From the NCBI GenBank assembly GCA_013265495.1, contig MU057989.1, positions 883,513 to 947,512 of the forward strand: a stretch of DNA of 64,000 bases. The letters are read 5' to 3'. This DNA comes from Vicugna vicugna (Eukaryota). How positions within the stretch are numbered: the first letter of the stretch is position 1; the number at the start of each line of letters is the position of its first letter. The translations under genes were made by a program, and so were the position numbers. Shown here piece after piece: positions 1 to 10,816 of this stretch. The notes beneath the pieces were generated by a model. The model was not told the DNA's origin, made no database searches, and saw only the letters and a list, made by a program, of their open reading frames with translations.

Positions 1-708
1 ATAATTTTCCCACAGCTAATAACTAGTGGAGTCTGGACTTGAACGGAGGCAGTTTACTCCAGATTCCAACCTCCGCTCTGGAAGACTTGGCTCTACTCCA
101 TCTGGGGAAGGCAGTCTGGGCTGCAGCTGCTGCTGACAGGACAAGGAGGAAGCAGAGGCAGCAGCTCAGTATTACCTGTGCGTAAGCCACTAAATATACA
201 CATACCATCTCATTCAAGCAATTTTAGAAAGAAATAAATACATGAATAATTATTATGGAAAGTTAGGCACATCCTGAATCACATATTCTCCATTAAAGTC
301 ATGGTAAGATTACTGAGCTGGTACCAGATTGCTTAATATTTTTACTAAATACCTGTGCCTAAAGGAGCTATAAAATCACCCCATAGCACCCTATTAATTC
401 AAAGCTTTCAGTCTTATCATTCTATAAACTGACCATTTATTTCCATTGTGATCTTTAAAAAAAAAAGCCAAATTAGGATTTACTTAAGAAAAAAGTCTTT
501 ATTTTCTTTGCATTTCAAGGATCAGATGTTATTACATAAAAAAAGAAAAATATTAGACAAATGTACAGTATTATTTCTCTTTGCTGTTAAATTTTAGACA
601 TTTCCAATTATCATTCCAAAATAGGGAAGGTGAGTCGCTCATTCCTTCAAGAGCCAATCTGGCTCTACAATTTCTTACTGACTATATGCTGTTAATCCTT
701 CTTCAGCA

Positions 709-891
709 AACTGCCTCTCAGGGTGTGGTCCTGGACCAGCAAAATTAGGGTCACCTGGGAACTGGCAAGAAATGTAAATTCTCAGGTCCCACCCCATACC
801 TACTGAATCAGGAACTCTGGGGAGGGACCAGCTCTCCAGGGTAACAAGCCTGCAGTGACTGTGCTGGAATCTCAAGTCTGAGAACCACTGC
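709..891. mobile_element. MER5A-like hAT/Charlie MITE
   Basis: CTCAGGGTGTGGTCCTGGACCAGC...CCTACTGAATCAGGAACTCTGGGG...TGAGAACCACTG resembles the MER5A consensus. Confidence 0.75.
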
Positions 892-2199
892 TTTATCCTA
901 TCTGACCAAAATGTTGGTTCACTGGGTCCAGGGGCTCCGGATCTAAATCAAAACCTTTACCCTTCAGGGAGAGAGCTCCAGGGAAAGCCAGCTCCCCAGT
1001 TTTTGACCACTTTCTTAAAAAAAGAAGGATATTCCAAAGAACATATTAAAAATAAGCCCTAATCTAACCTCACATGAAGAAGGCTTACCCATATAAACTA
1101 TTTTGGTCCCATGTTTCCAATTCATTACTTACAAGAAAAGACTGAAAATATTTCTAAGGTGGTGAAAGCATTTATCAACCTTAGAATTAGAAAGACTCTG
1201 GACCTCTTGGCCAGATACATCTCATTACCTTCCTTTTCCTACCAGTGTCTGGCCAGCTCTGCCACCTTCTCTGTGCAGAGCAACAGCTCTTAACAGCTCT
1301 TAACATCTCTAGAAGAACTTGAGTTGGCTTCCAATTCCCACTTATATTTATTTTTAAATATCCTTTTTACTTTCCCTCTAAAAGACAAGTGTTTGGGTTA
1401 TTTTCAGTAGAAAACTAGAATATGCTACCAAAAGGATAACATCTCAGGTTTCCTACCATTGAAAGGGAAGCACAAAGGATGGAGGAATGAAGGGAAGTTG
1501 AGTAACGTCCCAAGATAACACAACAGAGCCAGGGTTGGATCCCACATGGTCTGGCTAAGGGTCTCTTAATCACTAACCTGTGCAGCCTGTTCTTGGATCA
1601 GTCTTACAATCTATATTTTAATAGAACTTCTTTTTATCTAGGCTTTAAAATGAATTAACTTACAGTCGTGCAAAAATTGTTATAATTTTAGACTTTCCCA
1701 AGGTATGTGATTATAATCACTTTTTCATTCCTAATTTCATGTGATTCTTAAAGGAAATATTTAAAATAGAAAACATAAGCCATTTCAACAAGGTGGCAAT
1801 AATGTTAAAAAGGCACGATATGACTTAAAAACAAAAATGAAAAAATTTCTCCCCTCCATTCTGTGTGCCTCCTTAATCTGTAACACGGGAATAATACATA
1901 GTACCCACTTTATATTTTTTTAGTGAAAAATGAAAGTTAAATATTTTGAGTTTTTCCTCAGAATAAAAATAAATTTAGACTTTTCTAAAAGAAAAATATA
2001 TTGACTCAAGAGACTAGCAGTCTAAAAGGGCCAATATCTATAGAAAACAGTGGAAGTATTGTCAAAGAGCTTAAGTCACTCTCTAGGGAAAAAGCTTCAG
2101 GCCCATAAAGTACAGATGAAATTTCTTAATTCTTCCAAGCATTCAAATTCAAGTTCATATTCATTCAAAATCATTCAAATTCAAAACTGTTTCAGTAAA

Positions 2200-4780
2200 T
2201 AAATGTAAACAGCTTCCAAACTCTGACTACATTAACACAACCCTGATACCAAAACCTGACAAAACGCAAAAAAGAACTACAGATCAAGCTCACTGTTGAT
2301 TAGTGAGAAGCAAAAATTCTAGTTGCTAGCAAATAAAAATTTAGCAAACATTAACTTTCAATTTCATAATTAGAGAAATAATTCAACTGGATGTTAGGAA
2401 ACCTACTGAGATAAACTGTCACATAAATAAAACAAAAGGGAAAGATCACAGCATAATCACTACTGATGTCAAAAGGGAATTAGATAAAACCCAACACCTT
2501 ATAAATGAGGAATAGACTATGCCCCAATTTAACAAGACTCAAAAACCAAAGCCCACATTATACTTAATAATAAAACACCACATACGTCTCTATTTAAGTC
2601 AGATACAAGACAAGGATGCTGAAGAGCATAAACATTGTTAGAAATACTGGCAAGGAGAAGACAAAAGTATCAGTAATGCAAAAAGGTAACTGTCTACTAG
2701 GAAAACCCCAGAGAAGCACCTGAAAAAGTATTAGAGTAAATAAGAGAATTCCATAAAATGGACAGATTACCAAAGTGACATATATATACCAAAATGTTTC
2801 CTATACTAAAACGAACAGTCACCTAGCTAACGCAATGAACAACTCATCTATATAGCAACGATTGGTCCATTAACACAGTCAGAAACAAACTTCACATAAA
2901 AGGTGTATTACTCATACAGAGAAAACTACAGTATGCTTCTGAGCAACATTAGACTCCATAAAAAGATAAAACTTGTATGTACAAGGTAAGACAATTCAGG
3001 AAGCCACAAAACTATTAAAATGTCAAATTCTTCCTTAAATAATTTATAAAGTTCAATACAACCCCAATCAAATCCCAACTTTTGTTTGTTTTTAAGAATC
3101 TGAAAAATAGTCCTACAGTTTATCTGGAACAGAGGTTCTCAACCCTAGCTACCATGGAAATCATCCGAGGAACTATAAACTATTAATGCTCATGCCATGC
3201 CCCAGAGATTTTGACTTAATTGTTTTGCAGGGGGGATGAAGTATTACATTAAAAAAAAAAAACAAAAAACAAACAAAAAACTGCCCAGGTAATTTTGATG
3301 TGCAGACACAGTTAAGAACTACATTATCTAGAAGAGTATCTTATAAGGAAAGCAAAGAAAATACTGGATTCTTGACAAAGAATAAAGGGCAACTAGCTCC
3401 ATCAGATATTAAAATCATACAGCTAGGATAGCTAAGTTTCCAGCACAGAACAAATAAAGACCTGTGAAACAAAAGAAAGAAGTCCAGAATTAGACCCCAA
3501 CCCTGCATATGTGAAAAATAAATGTCACATCCATGGGAAAAAAAAAAAAAGCTGGATTAGTAATATCTAAATAAATGGTACTGGGATAACTATAATTTGA
3601 GAAAAAAATGTACAGCTAAATCTCTGTATCTCACTCAAGTCAAAATAAATTCTGAGTTAAAGACACAAGGCATAGGGGAAAGAATACAGGAGAATATTTC
3701 ATAATTTTGGAACACAGAAAGCATTTCTAAACATGACATAAAACCCAAAAGCCATAAAGAAAGAAATGGGTAAATCTGTTTCTATAAAAACTGAAAACAT
3801 CCATTTAAAAATACCAGTTACCATATTATAAATCTATGTGGCCATTCTCCTGGTAAAACAGACTTAAACAAATAAAAAAGGGGGGAAATTTTTCATTCAT
3901 TAAAAGACTTTGGCTTTTAATATACAAAGAGTATTAAGAATACAAACCAACAAGAAAAAATGGGAAACAATGTGAGGAAAACTGACAGGGAAATGTGAGC
4001 AACAGCAAAATACAAATGCCCATGAATTAATGAAAAGACATTATGCCTACAAGACAATTTCCCTAAGAGAATGGCAAATCAGTACTGGTGAGAATGTGGG
4101 GCACAGGAGCTCACTCGACGTCAATGCAGGTGTAATATGCACAATGTTTTTGGAGAGTATTTGGCAATATCTATGCTTGTTAAAAATGTCAATATCCTTT
4201 CAGCCAAAAATTTCACCCCCAAGAATTTACCCAGCAGATACACTCAGCTGTACAAAGGGGTATATATAAATTAAATGTCGTCACATCTGCAAAACGTTGG
4301 AAACAATCTAAATGTACAGCCATTTGGGTACTAGTCCTATAAATTAAAAGATGAAGCCAAATCAGGACTACTACTATACCATAACTAGTAAGAAGGACTG
4401 AGAGCTCTATCTGACATCCAACTTCCGTTATTAAGGGGCAGAAAGGAGGTGCATGTATACGTTGACACGTGATGTGGCAGGCGGGGGAGGAGGGCAAGGT
4501 TATGCTATACTACTCTCTTATGCTTAGGCGTGATACCTACAGACACACACACGTGCACACACACACCCCTACCTCTCTATGCCTCTATATACACAGATCA
4601 TCTCTAGCAGGACAATAAGAAATAGCAACTGCCTTTCAGGAAAGAATTTGGGAGACGCAAAGGTCAAAAATTAAGGGAGATTAAATTTTCAGTTCTTACT
4701 GTTAGTGATTTTTTTTAATTTGCCTGTTTGTTGTTAAACCATGTGCATGATTACTTTCTAAAAACAAAACTTTTAACCAA
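2200..4780 (+). mobile_element. Ancient L1 (L1M-type) ORF2 and 3' UTR remnant, antisense to CREBBP, interrupted by a MER5-like element (~3131-3322)
   Basis: A-rich strand with decayed ORF2 hallmarks (ACCCTGATACCAAAACCTGAC; AAGACAAGGATG; AAATGGTACTGGGATAACT). No intact ORF. Confidence 0.75.
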
Positions 4781-5817
4781 AGTCTTCAACCCAGTAACCT
4801 CATTTTTCTTAATTTATCCCATGAGATGAGCTAAAACCTTAAAAACCCAACTTGGATAATTTTCATCCTCTTCTTAGCAAAACTTTTTCCTTTTACAATT
4901 TATATCTTATTTTCAATGTTTGTGGTTTAATAAAATATTTTATCCTTGTGTTTAAAAAAAAAATTAGCCCACGAGGCACGTGGATGTGCCTACACAAGGA
5001 TATATTCACTGCAGCAGTGTTTGTACCAATGAAAAATTGGAAACAGTCCAAATGTTCATCACCAGAGGGGTACAGAAATTACAATGCATCGTGAAGTGCA
5101 ATGCTTTGCTACCAGTAGGAAAAAAGGAAAAATCTGTGTGCACTGACATGTTAAGGCATCTAGAGTATACTGTTACGTAAAACAGCAAGTTGCTTATGTA
5201 ATATGATTCCATTTCGTATTAAAAGAGAATGTGTGTTAATATATCTGTATAGAAGTGGTTATCTGTAAAGAGGGCTGTTCTTTTTTTACTCTTTGAATTA
5301 TTTTATGGGCAATTTGTATTTCCTTTGTAATAATAATTTTAAAAACAAAATTACTTTTTAAAAAAGTTTCTTTTCCCCTTTGTGCATTTTAAAATCTTAT
5401 TTGGCTTAAAATGAACTTGTCTCTTGCTCCTACTATTTGTCCACCACTATTAGTTCTTTTGTCCCAACCAAAGGCCATGACAACATTTCAAGAATGCCAG
5501 CCCCTCCTTCGCCATCGGCCTCTTTGGGATACCTACAGGGAACAGAGGTGGCTGCCCACAACACTAATGTGGCTTACTTTCCAGAGTGAACACTCACTAA
5601 GTACTGTCTGAAAGAAAAATTACCCTGTACAAAGGAATGAAAAACCTGGGAAGACAGAGGAACATGGAGCGAAAAGACATTATCGGCAAAGCCCAGACAG
5701 CAGGAAGCTCCCAGAACAAAACAAACAAACAAACAAACAAGCAAAACAGCCAGATTCTTCAAAAAATAAATTGTAAGGATTCTAGAGATGTAGTTTTTTT
5801 TTTTTTAGTAGATTCTT

Positions 5818-5935
5818 TGGCGGGGATAGGTGATTAGGTTTATTTATTTATTTTTAATGGAAGTACCGGCGATTGAACCCAGGACCTCATGCATGCTAGG
5901 CACACACTCTACCACTGAGCTATATACCCTCTCCC
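5818..5935 (-). mobile_element. tRNA-Ala-derived SINE (camelid Vic-1 type)
   Basis: A box TAGCTCAGTGG, B box GGTTCAATC, (TAAA)n then CCTAATCACC tail. Degenerate TSD TTTAGTAGATTCTT (5804-5817) / TTTAATACATTCTT (5936-5949). Confidence 0.9.
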
Positions 5936-6132
5936 TTTAATACATTCTTAAGAGCCGTATCAACTAAACAAAATATAGGTTGTTCAGATTTTGGAAAAAA
6001 AATCTGTAATAACAAATCATGACATATGCAACCATGGGAAATGAGAACATCTGGTGGACACTGAAAACATGAGGAAAACTTTCACTTACTTACACGTATG
6101 CCAAGTCTAACTCCTAGGGTATGTATATATAC

Positions 6133-6430
6133 ACAATGGCTCTCCAAGTGTGGCTGAGGGGCTCAGACCCTTTTAGGGGTCAAAAGTCAAAATTATCTTC
6201 ATAAAATACTAAGATATTTGCCTTTTTTTGCTTTCATTCTCTCACAAGAACAGAGGAGTTTTCCAGAGGCTCTGTGGCATGTGGTATCACTGTGCTTAAA
6301 GGCTTGTGCTTCCATTTTAAAATTCTGTTTTAGTATTTAATGTGGCAAATGTTGACAGATATAATCCGCATTTTAAAGAAATCTCCTTGGGGCCCTCAAT
6401 AATTTTTAAGATTATTCAGGTGTCCTATGT
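6133..6430. mobile_element. hAT/Charlie-type DNA transposon fossil
   Basis: Starts CAATGGCTCTCCAAGTGTGG, with internal GGAGTTTTCCAGAGGCT typical of old Charlie derivatives. Exact family not assigned. Confidence 0.55.
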
Positions 6431-6475
6431 CTATTTTTGCATATGACTTAAATTCTCCAAAATAGTTTTTTGTAA

Positions 6476-6582
6476 ATGTGACAATGAGTGTGTATATGTC
6501 CATGAATGACTGAAAAATTGTGCTGAACACTGGAATTTGACACAACATTGTAAAATGATTATAAATCAATAAAAAATGTTAA
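6476..6582 (+). mobile_element. Young, severely 5'-truncated L1 3' end
   Basis: Perfect 17-bp TSD AAAATAGTTTTTTGTAA (6459-6475 / 6583-6599). Ends ACAACATTGTAAAATGATTATAAATCAATAAAAAA, as in artiodactyl L1 termini. Confidence 0.8.
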
Positions 6583-7299
6583 AAAATAGTTTTTTGTAAC
6601 TAGGTGGCATGGAGTAGAGTGATGAATAAATTAGGAAAGAACAAACATCAATCTATCCATAAACCCTAAACCCATAGAAATCTCTTCTCAACCCAATTCC
6701 AAAAGGCACATGCACACACAGACCCTGCTTCAAACAATTAAAATGGAAATTAAAATTAAAATTTAGACAACTAAAATTAAAGTTCACATTTCCCCTTAAT
6801 AACACTTCAAAACAGGGTAAATGCAATTTTAATGTCTGGAATTACTTCATTTTCATTTCTTAAAAGAAAAAAGAAAATCTTCTTACCTAAATCAGCCACA
6901 GGGTTCATGGCTCTTACCTAATGCTCACGTCAACCTTGTGGGGAAACCATGCTCTCCTCTTGTTTCTCCCTCTCTCATATTTGGGAATAATCAAATCCAC
7001 AGAACAGCCCAAGCTGTTTCACTGTTCTAGAATTTGCTGCATTAGATACTGCCTGAAACAGGGGCACCAAAGGCTGCAGCTGAGAAGCCTCTGTCTCAGC
7101 GCGTCCTGGTGTTTGGCCCTTTGGTGGGGTCAGCCCACACACTCATTCCCTGGTCAACTCTCATTCTCCCATTGCTCTCCTATTGCCCTCAGCATCTGCC
7201 TTCCTCTTCTCCACATCCAGTTCCTACACTACGCACCACTTGCAAGACTCCTCCCTGGAGCAGAGGTCTCAGCCCTGCTTGGGCCTCACGCACCTAGTC

Positions 7300-7378
7300 T
7301 GTAGCTCTGCACTTCTAGCAAGCTCCCGGGTGACGCTGATGCTGCTGGTCCAGGGACCCCACCTTGAGAACCACCACT
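7300..7378. mobile_element. MER5A-like fragment
   Basis: CAAGCTCCCGGGTGACGCTGATGCTGCTGGTCCAGGGACCCCACCTTGAGAACCAC. Confidence 0.65.
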
Positions 7379-7941
7379 CTGAGTTTCTTCTGGGACTTGT
7401 GGGCCTGAGCTGCCCCTGGCTCTGCCATGCCACCTCTTCCGTTAACTACCCTGGCAGGTAGCTGACCAGCGTGGAACCCAGCTTCTTCGCTGGTAAACTG
7501 GAGACTGTAAGCACAGACACTTTACTAGTTGGTTGTAAAAAGAGAAGGGCATACAGAGTAAGAACTTGGTCAGCTGGGAGAAGTGGAGGTAAAAAGCCTT
7601 TACTGGATTCACAGATGCAAGCAAAAGCTGATTCCCAGCAGAAGCTGCCTCTTTCAGCCATGTGGTCCTATTTTCACACTTTCCTCAGAGGCTGAAAACT
7701 GGCTGTCACTCCAAACTCATTCCCTATTTTTCAACTGTCTGACGTGCAGGCTATCCTACCATTGACTTCTTTAAGAATTCCCATTTTAAAGACACGGGGC
7801 AGAGATCTGCATCCTGGAAAGAAGGGCTCTCAATACCAAACTCATCTCTTACAAGCGGGAGGGGCAGGAGGAAAGCCTGAAGGAGGAGAGGAATGTACCC
7901 CCGGTCAGCAGGAAGCAGTTAAAGCACTGGAGCTCACTTAC

Positions 7942-8654
7942 CTTGGTCATGCCTCCGGCCTGAGCTGTGTTCAGTCCCGCATGACTGGTCATTTGTGGCG
8001 AAACCTGTGTTAATGTCTCGGCCAGCACACTGCTCGTGGCCCCCTGCATGGCCGGAGCAGGGTATGGCATTCCAGCTCCCCTTCCTCTACCAGCAGCCCC
8101 AAGAGATCCATTCATGACTTGCGCCTGCCCTTGCTGGGCCTGGTTCATCAAACTATGGCCAGAGTTGCTATTGAGGAGGCCTGGATGGGTCTGGTTAAAG
8201 TTAGCATTCATGCAGATCCCAGGTCCCGTCTGTGATGTGGCAGGGCTGCTGGTCACCAGCCCCACTTGCTTTTGTGCTTGCGGATTCAGTGCTTGGGAAG
8301 CAGGGGGAGTGGGCCCGGAGGTGCTGGCTGCCTGTTTAGGCAGGGTAGGGGCTGAAGAATCTCCCTGGTTCAGAGGGCTCTTGCCCATGGCACCCAGACC
8401 GGCCATAGTTGCACTGTTCGGCTGCCCTTGGGCCTGGCCTCCAAGGCCTTGCTGCACAGGACTGCTGGCGCTCACATTTCCTATTCCTGGGTTGATGTTA
8501 GAGCTGCTGCCTCCTCGTAGAAGCTCTGACAGTTGTTTATGTTTGGAAGCAGCATCTGGAACAAGGTTCCCACTGTTTAAAAGGCCTAATTCTCCTCCAT
8601 TGGGGATCAGCTCATCAGGAAGATCATTTTCCAAGTCAAACAATGATCCAAAAT
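7942..8654 (-). CDS. CREBBP: CREB-binding protein, exon 2 (aa 29-266; N-terminal nuclear-receptor interaction region and low-complexity linker)
   Basis: Acceptor TTTCTCATTTCCATTTCTGTTTGATTTCTAG|ATTTTGG and donor ACCAAG|GTAAGT. 713 nt. Translates (D)FGSLFDLENDLPDELIPNGGELGLLNSGNLVPDAASKHKQLSELLRGG...AGGMTK, matching CBP rather than p300. The LxxLL motif LSELL (aa 70-74) is at 8518-8532. Confidence 0.98.
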
Positions 8655-9635
8655 CTAGAAATCAAACAGAAATGGAAATGAGAAACTAAGTAACTATAAT
8701 AGCTCACCAACTATCACATGTTACTATGATCTTAACCTAAAGGGGCATTTAACACGGAACACCAGATGTCTTAAGAGTAATGACAAAGTGATTTGAAAGT
8801 TCATTCAGGAAAATAAAACAGGAAGAATATTTTTCAAATTCTGAAGAAGGGAACGTTGAATAGAGATGAGAGGAAGACTAAGAGAACAGATTTGATTGTA
8901 TACTCTAAATATTAAATAGTGTGGTATAAGGCAAACACAGATGTACAAGTTAAAGGAAAATAACAGAAAGTTAAATTCACTGAATTATGATGTTAAAATG
9001 CTTTTAAGAATGCATGTGTGTAAAAAAGTAACTGGGCATCAGGTTAGTGAGTAGCAATTTGGGGACATTAAAGCTTAACTTTAAGTGATTATGTATTTAA
9101 AAGGCAAATTATCAAAAAAAAACCCCAAACAACAACCCCCCCCGACCACCACCAAAACTAGCCTTAACAGAAAATGAGATTTCTCAAAGTGTTAAAGCTA
9201 CAGGAAATAAAAATAAAGACATACACAGAAACTAAAAATAGTTAGAAGTAAAGGAAAATACTTGAATTATACAGAAGGGGTTAAAATCAATCTCAACGAA
9301 AGATGTGAAGCTCACTGACTTCCAGGAATAAACATACTAAGGACATAAGCAGGCAAGTATCACAAAGGAGGATAAAGCAGTAAACAAAATAGACCCTTCC
9401 TGGTAATCAGACATGAAAATTGAAGCCACTCTTTTTTTCTGGTCCCTCTCAGAGTAACGCTTCTCTAATGAGGCCTACATATGTCATCTCTAGTCCCTCA
9501 CTGACCATGCATTGTTCAACCCACAACAACCTGGCTATGTGTGCATGTGCAAAGCACAAGTATGTAGAAATATATTCATCACAGAATGATCTGTAACATC
9601 AAAACAAGTGCAAACAATACCCAGAGGCAGTTTAC

Positions 9636-10020
9636 CTAGTGGTCATTGCAGACTCTAGGCCCAGACTGTCTGCATTTGAACACCAGCTCTGCTTCTAGCT
9701 CCTCACTTATTAGCTGTGTGTCCTTGGGTAAGTCACTTAGACTTTTGTTGTTGTTGTTGTTGTTGTTGTTTTTAATGAAGGTACTGGGGATTGAACCCAG
9801 GACCTTGTGCATGTTGGACGTGCACTCTACCACTGAGCTATACCCACTGCCCCCATACTTAAGACTTTCTGTGCCTCAGTTCCCTCATCTGGAAACTGGG
9901 AGTGTTAACGGCTGCTACACCTCAGAGGGCTGCTGTGAGGACTAAATGAGTTAACAGATGTAAAGTACTTCAAAAGTGCCTGTGGGTGGGAAGTGCTCAG
10001 GATGTATTAGCTATTATTAC
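9636..10020 (+). mobile_element. MIR (split by the SINE at 9745-9854)
   Basis: AGCTGTGTGTCCTTGGGTAAGTCACTTA...CTGTGCCTCAGTTCCCTCATCTG...GTGAGGACTAAATGAGTTAA is the MIR core. Confidence 0.8.
9745..9854 (-). mobile_element. tRNA-Ala-derived SINE with (CAA)n tail, inserted into a MIR
   Basis: A and B boxes present. Flanking ACTTAGACTTT / ACTTAAGACTTT. MIR sequence resumes on both sides. Confidence 0.9.
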
Positions 10021-10479
10021 TGCTGTTATCCAACAACAGAGGTTTACTAAATTGCTGCCTAATACTATAAAATATTATATATTTATTAAAATAATTATAA
10101 AGACTGTAGAAATATAGGAAAACTTATGTAAAAACATGCAAATGCAAACTGTACACAAAATGGTACAGAGTATGATTAGAACTAAATTATGTGCATGTGG
10201 GCAGTAGCTGGAAAGTAACTTGCCAAAAACAGAGTCATACTGGTAAAATGTTGGGGTGACGTGTGTATGTGCCTTTTTAAAAAAATCTAACACAGCCAGC
10301 ACATTGGCATCCCATCCCCACTTTTCGAAAATTGAAAATTGTTTTCTCCATGGTGCAGACCCTCATGACGGCTTCCCCGACAACCCCCTCAGCTGGCTAC
10401 CCTGGGTGTTCCTTTCAGGAAGGGTCCTAGCCAAGCAGCAAGAACCACCACAATCACCTTCCCTTTGCAGGTGACACAA

Positions 10480-10816
10480 TCCCAGCAGCTAAAAGAACTG
10501 AAGGCAAGGTGGCCAAGACCATTCTGGAAAAGGTTTTCCTTCCTAATTGTAAGGCATAAAGAGATGTTCCTTTCCTTCACTAGACTTCATCCTGGAACTG
10601 TGGTGACCCTCTTCAATCAGGAGGAGACGCGGCTCACATACTAAGGATGGCTACGGCAAAACATACTCCTATGTCTGTGAAGCCATCTCTAGGCTGAATT
10701 ATCCAACCCTGGGAGCTCTCCTATCTTCAGATTTCTTGTCACAAGAGAAAATACAGTCCCTATCATTTAAGCCATGCTAGCTGGAGTTTTATGGAACTTG
10801 CAGCTAAAGGCATCTT
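10480..10816 (+). mobile_element. Old MaLR LTR (MLT1-type) fragment
   Basis: 3' end TTTAAGCCATGCTAGCTGGAGTTTTATGGAACTTGCAGCTAAAGGCATC resembles old MLT1 termini. Confidence 0.55.

Larger units (their letters stand above)
1..7941 (-). other. CREBBP: CREBBP intron 2 (partial; continues beyond the left edge)
   Basis: Starts at GTAAGT (7941). No further CBP coding sequence was recognised in 1-7941. Confidence 0.85.

Noticed and set aside
7849..8643. 264-aa ORF treated as a standalone gene
   Set aside because: It is CREBBP exon 2 read from an internal TTG and run on into intron 2. The splice sites define the real boundaries.
8036..8689. 217-aa plus-strand ORF overlapping exon 2
   Set aside because: Antisense shadow of the CBP coding frame. 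Non-ATG start and no recognisable protein.
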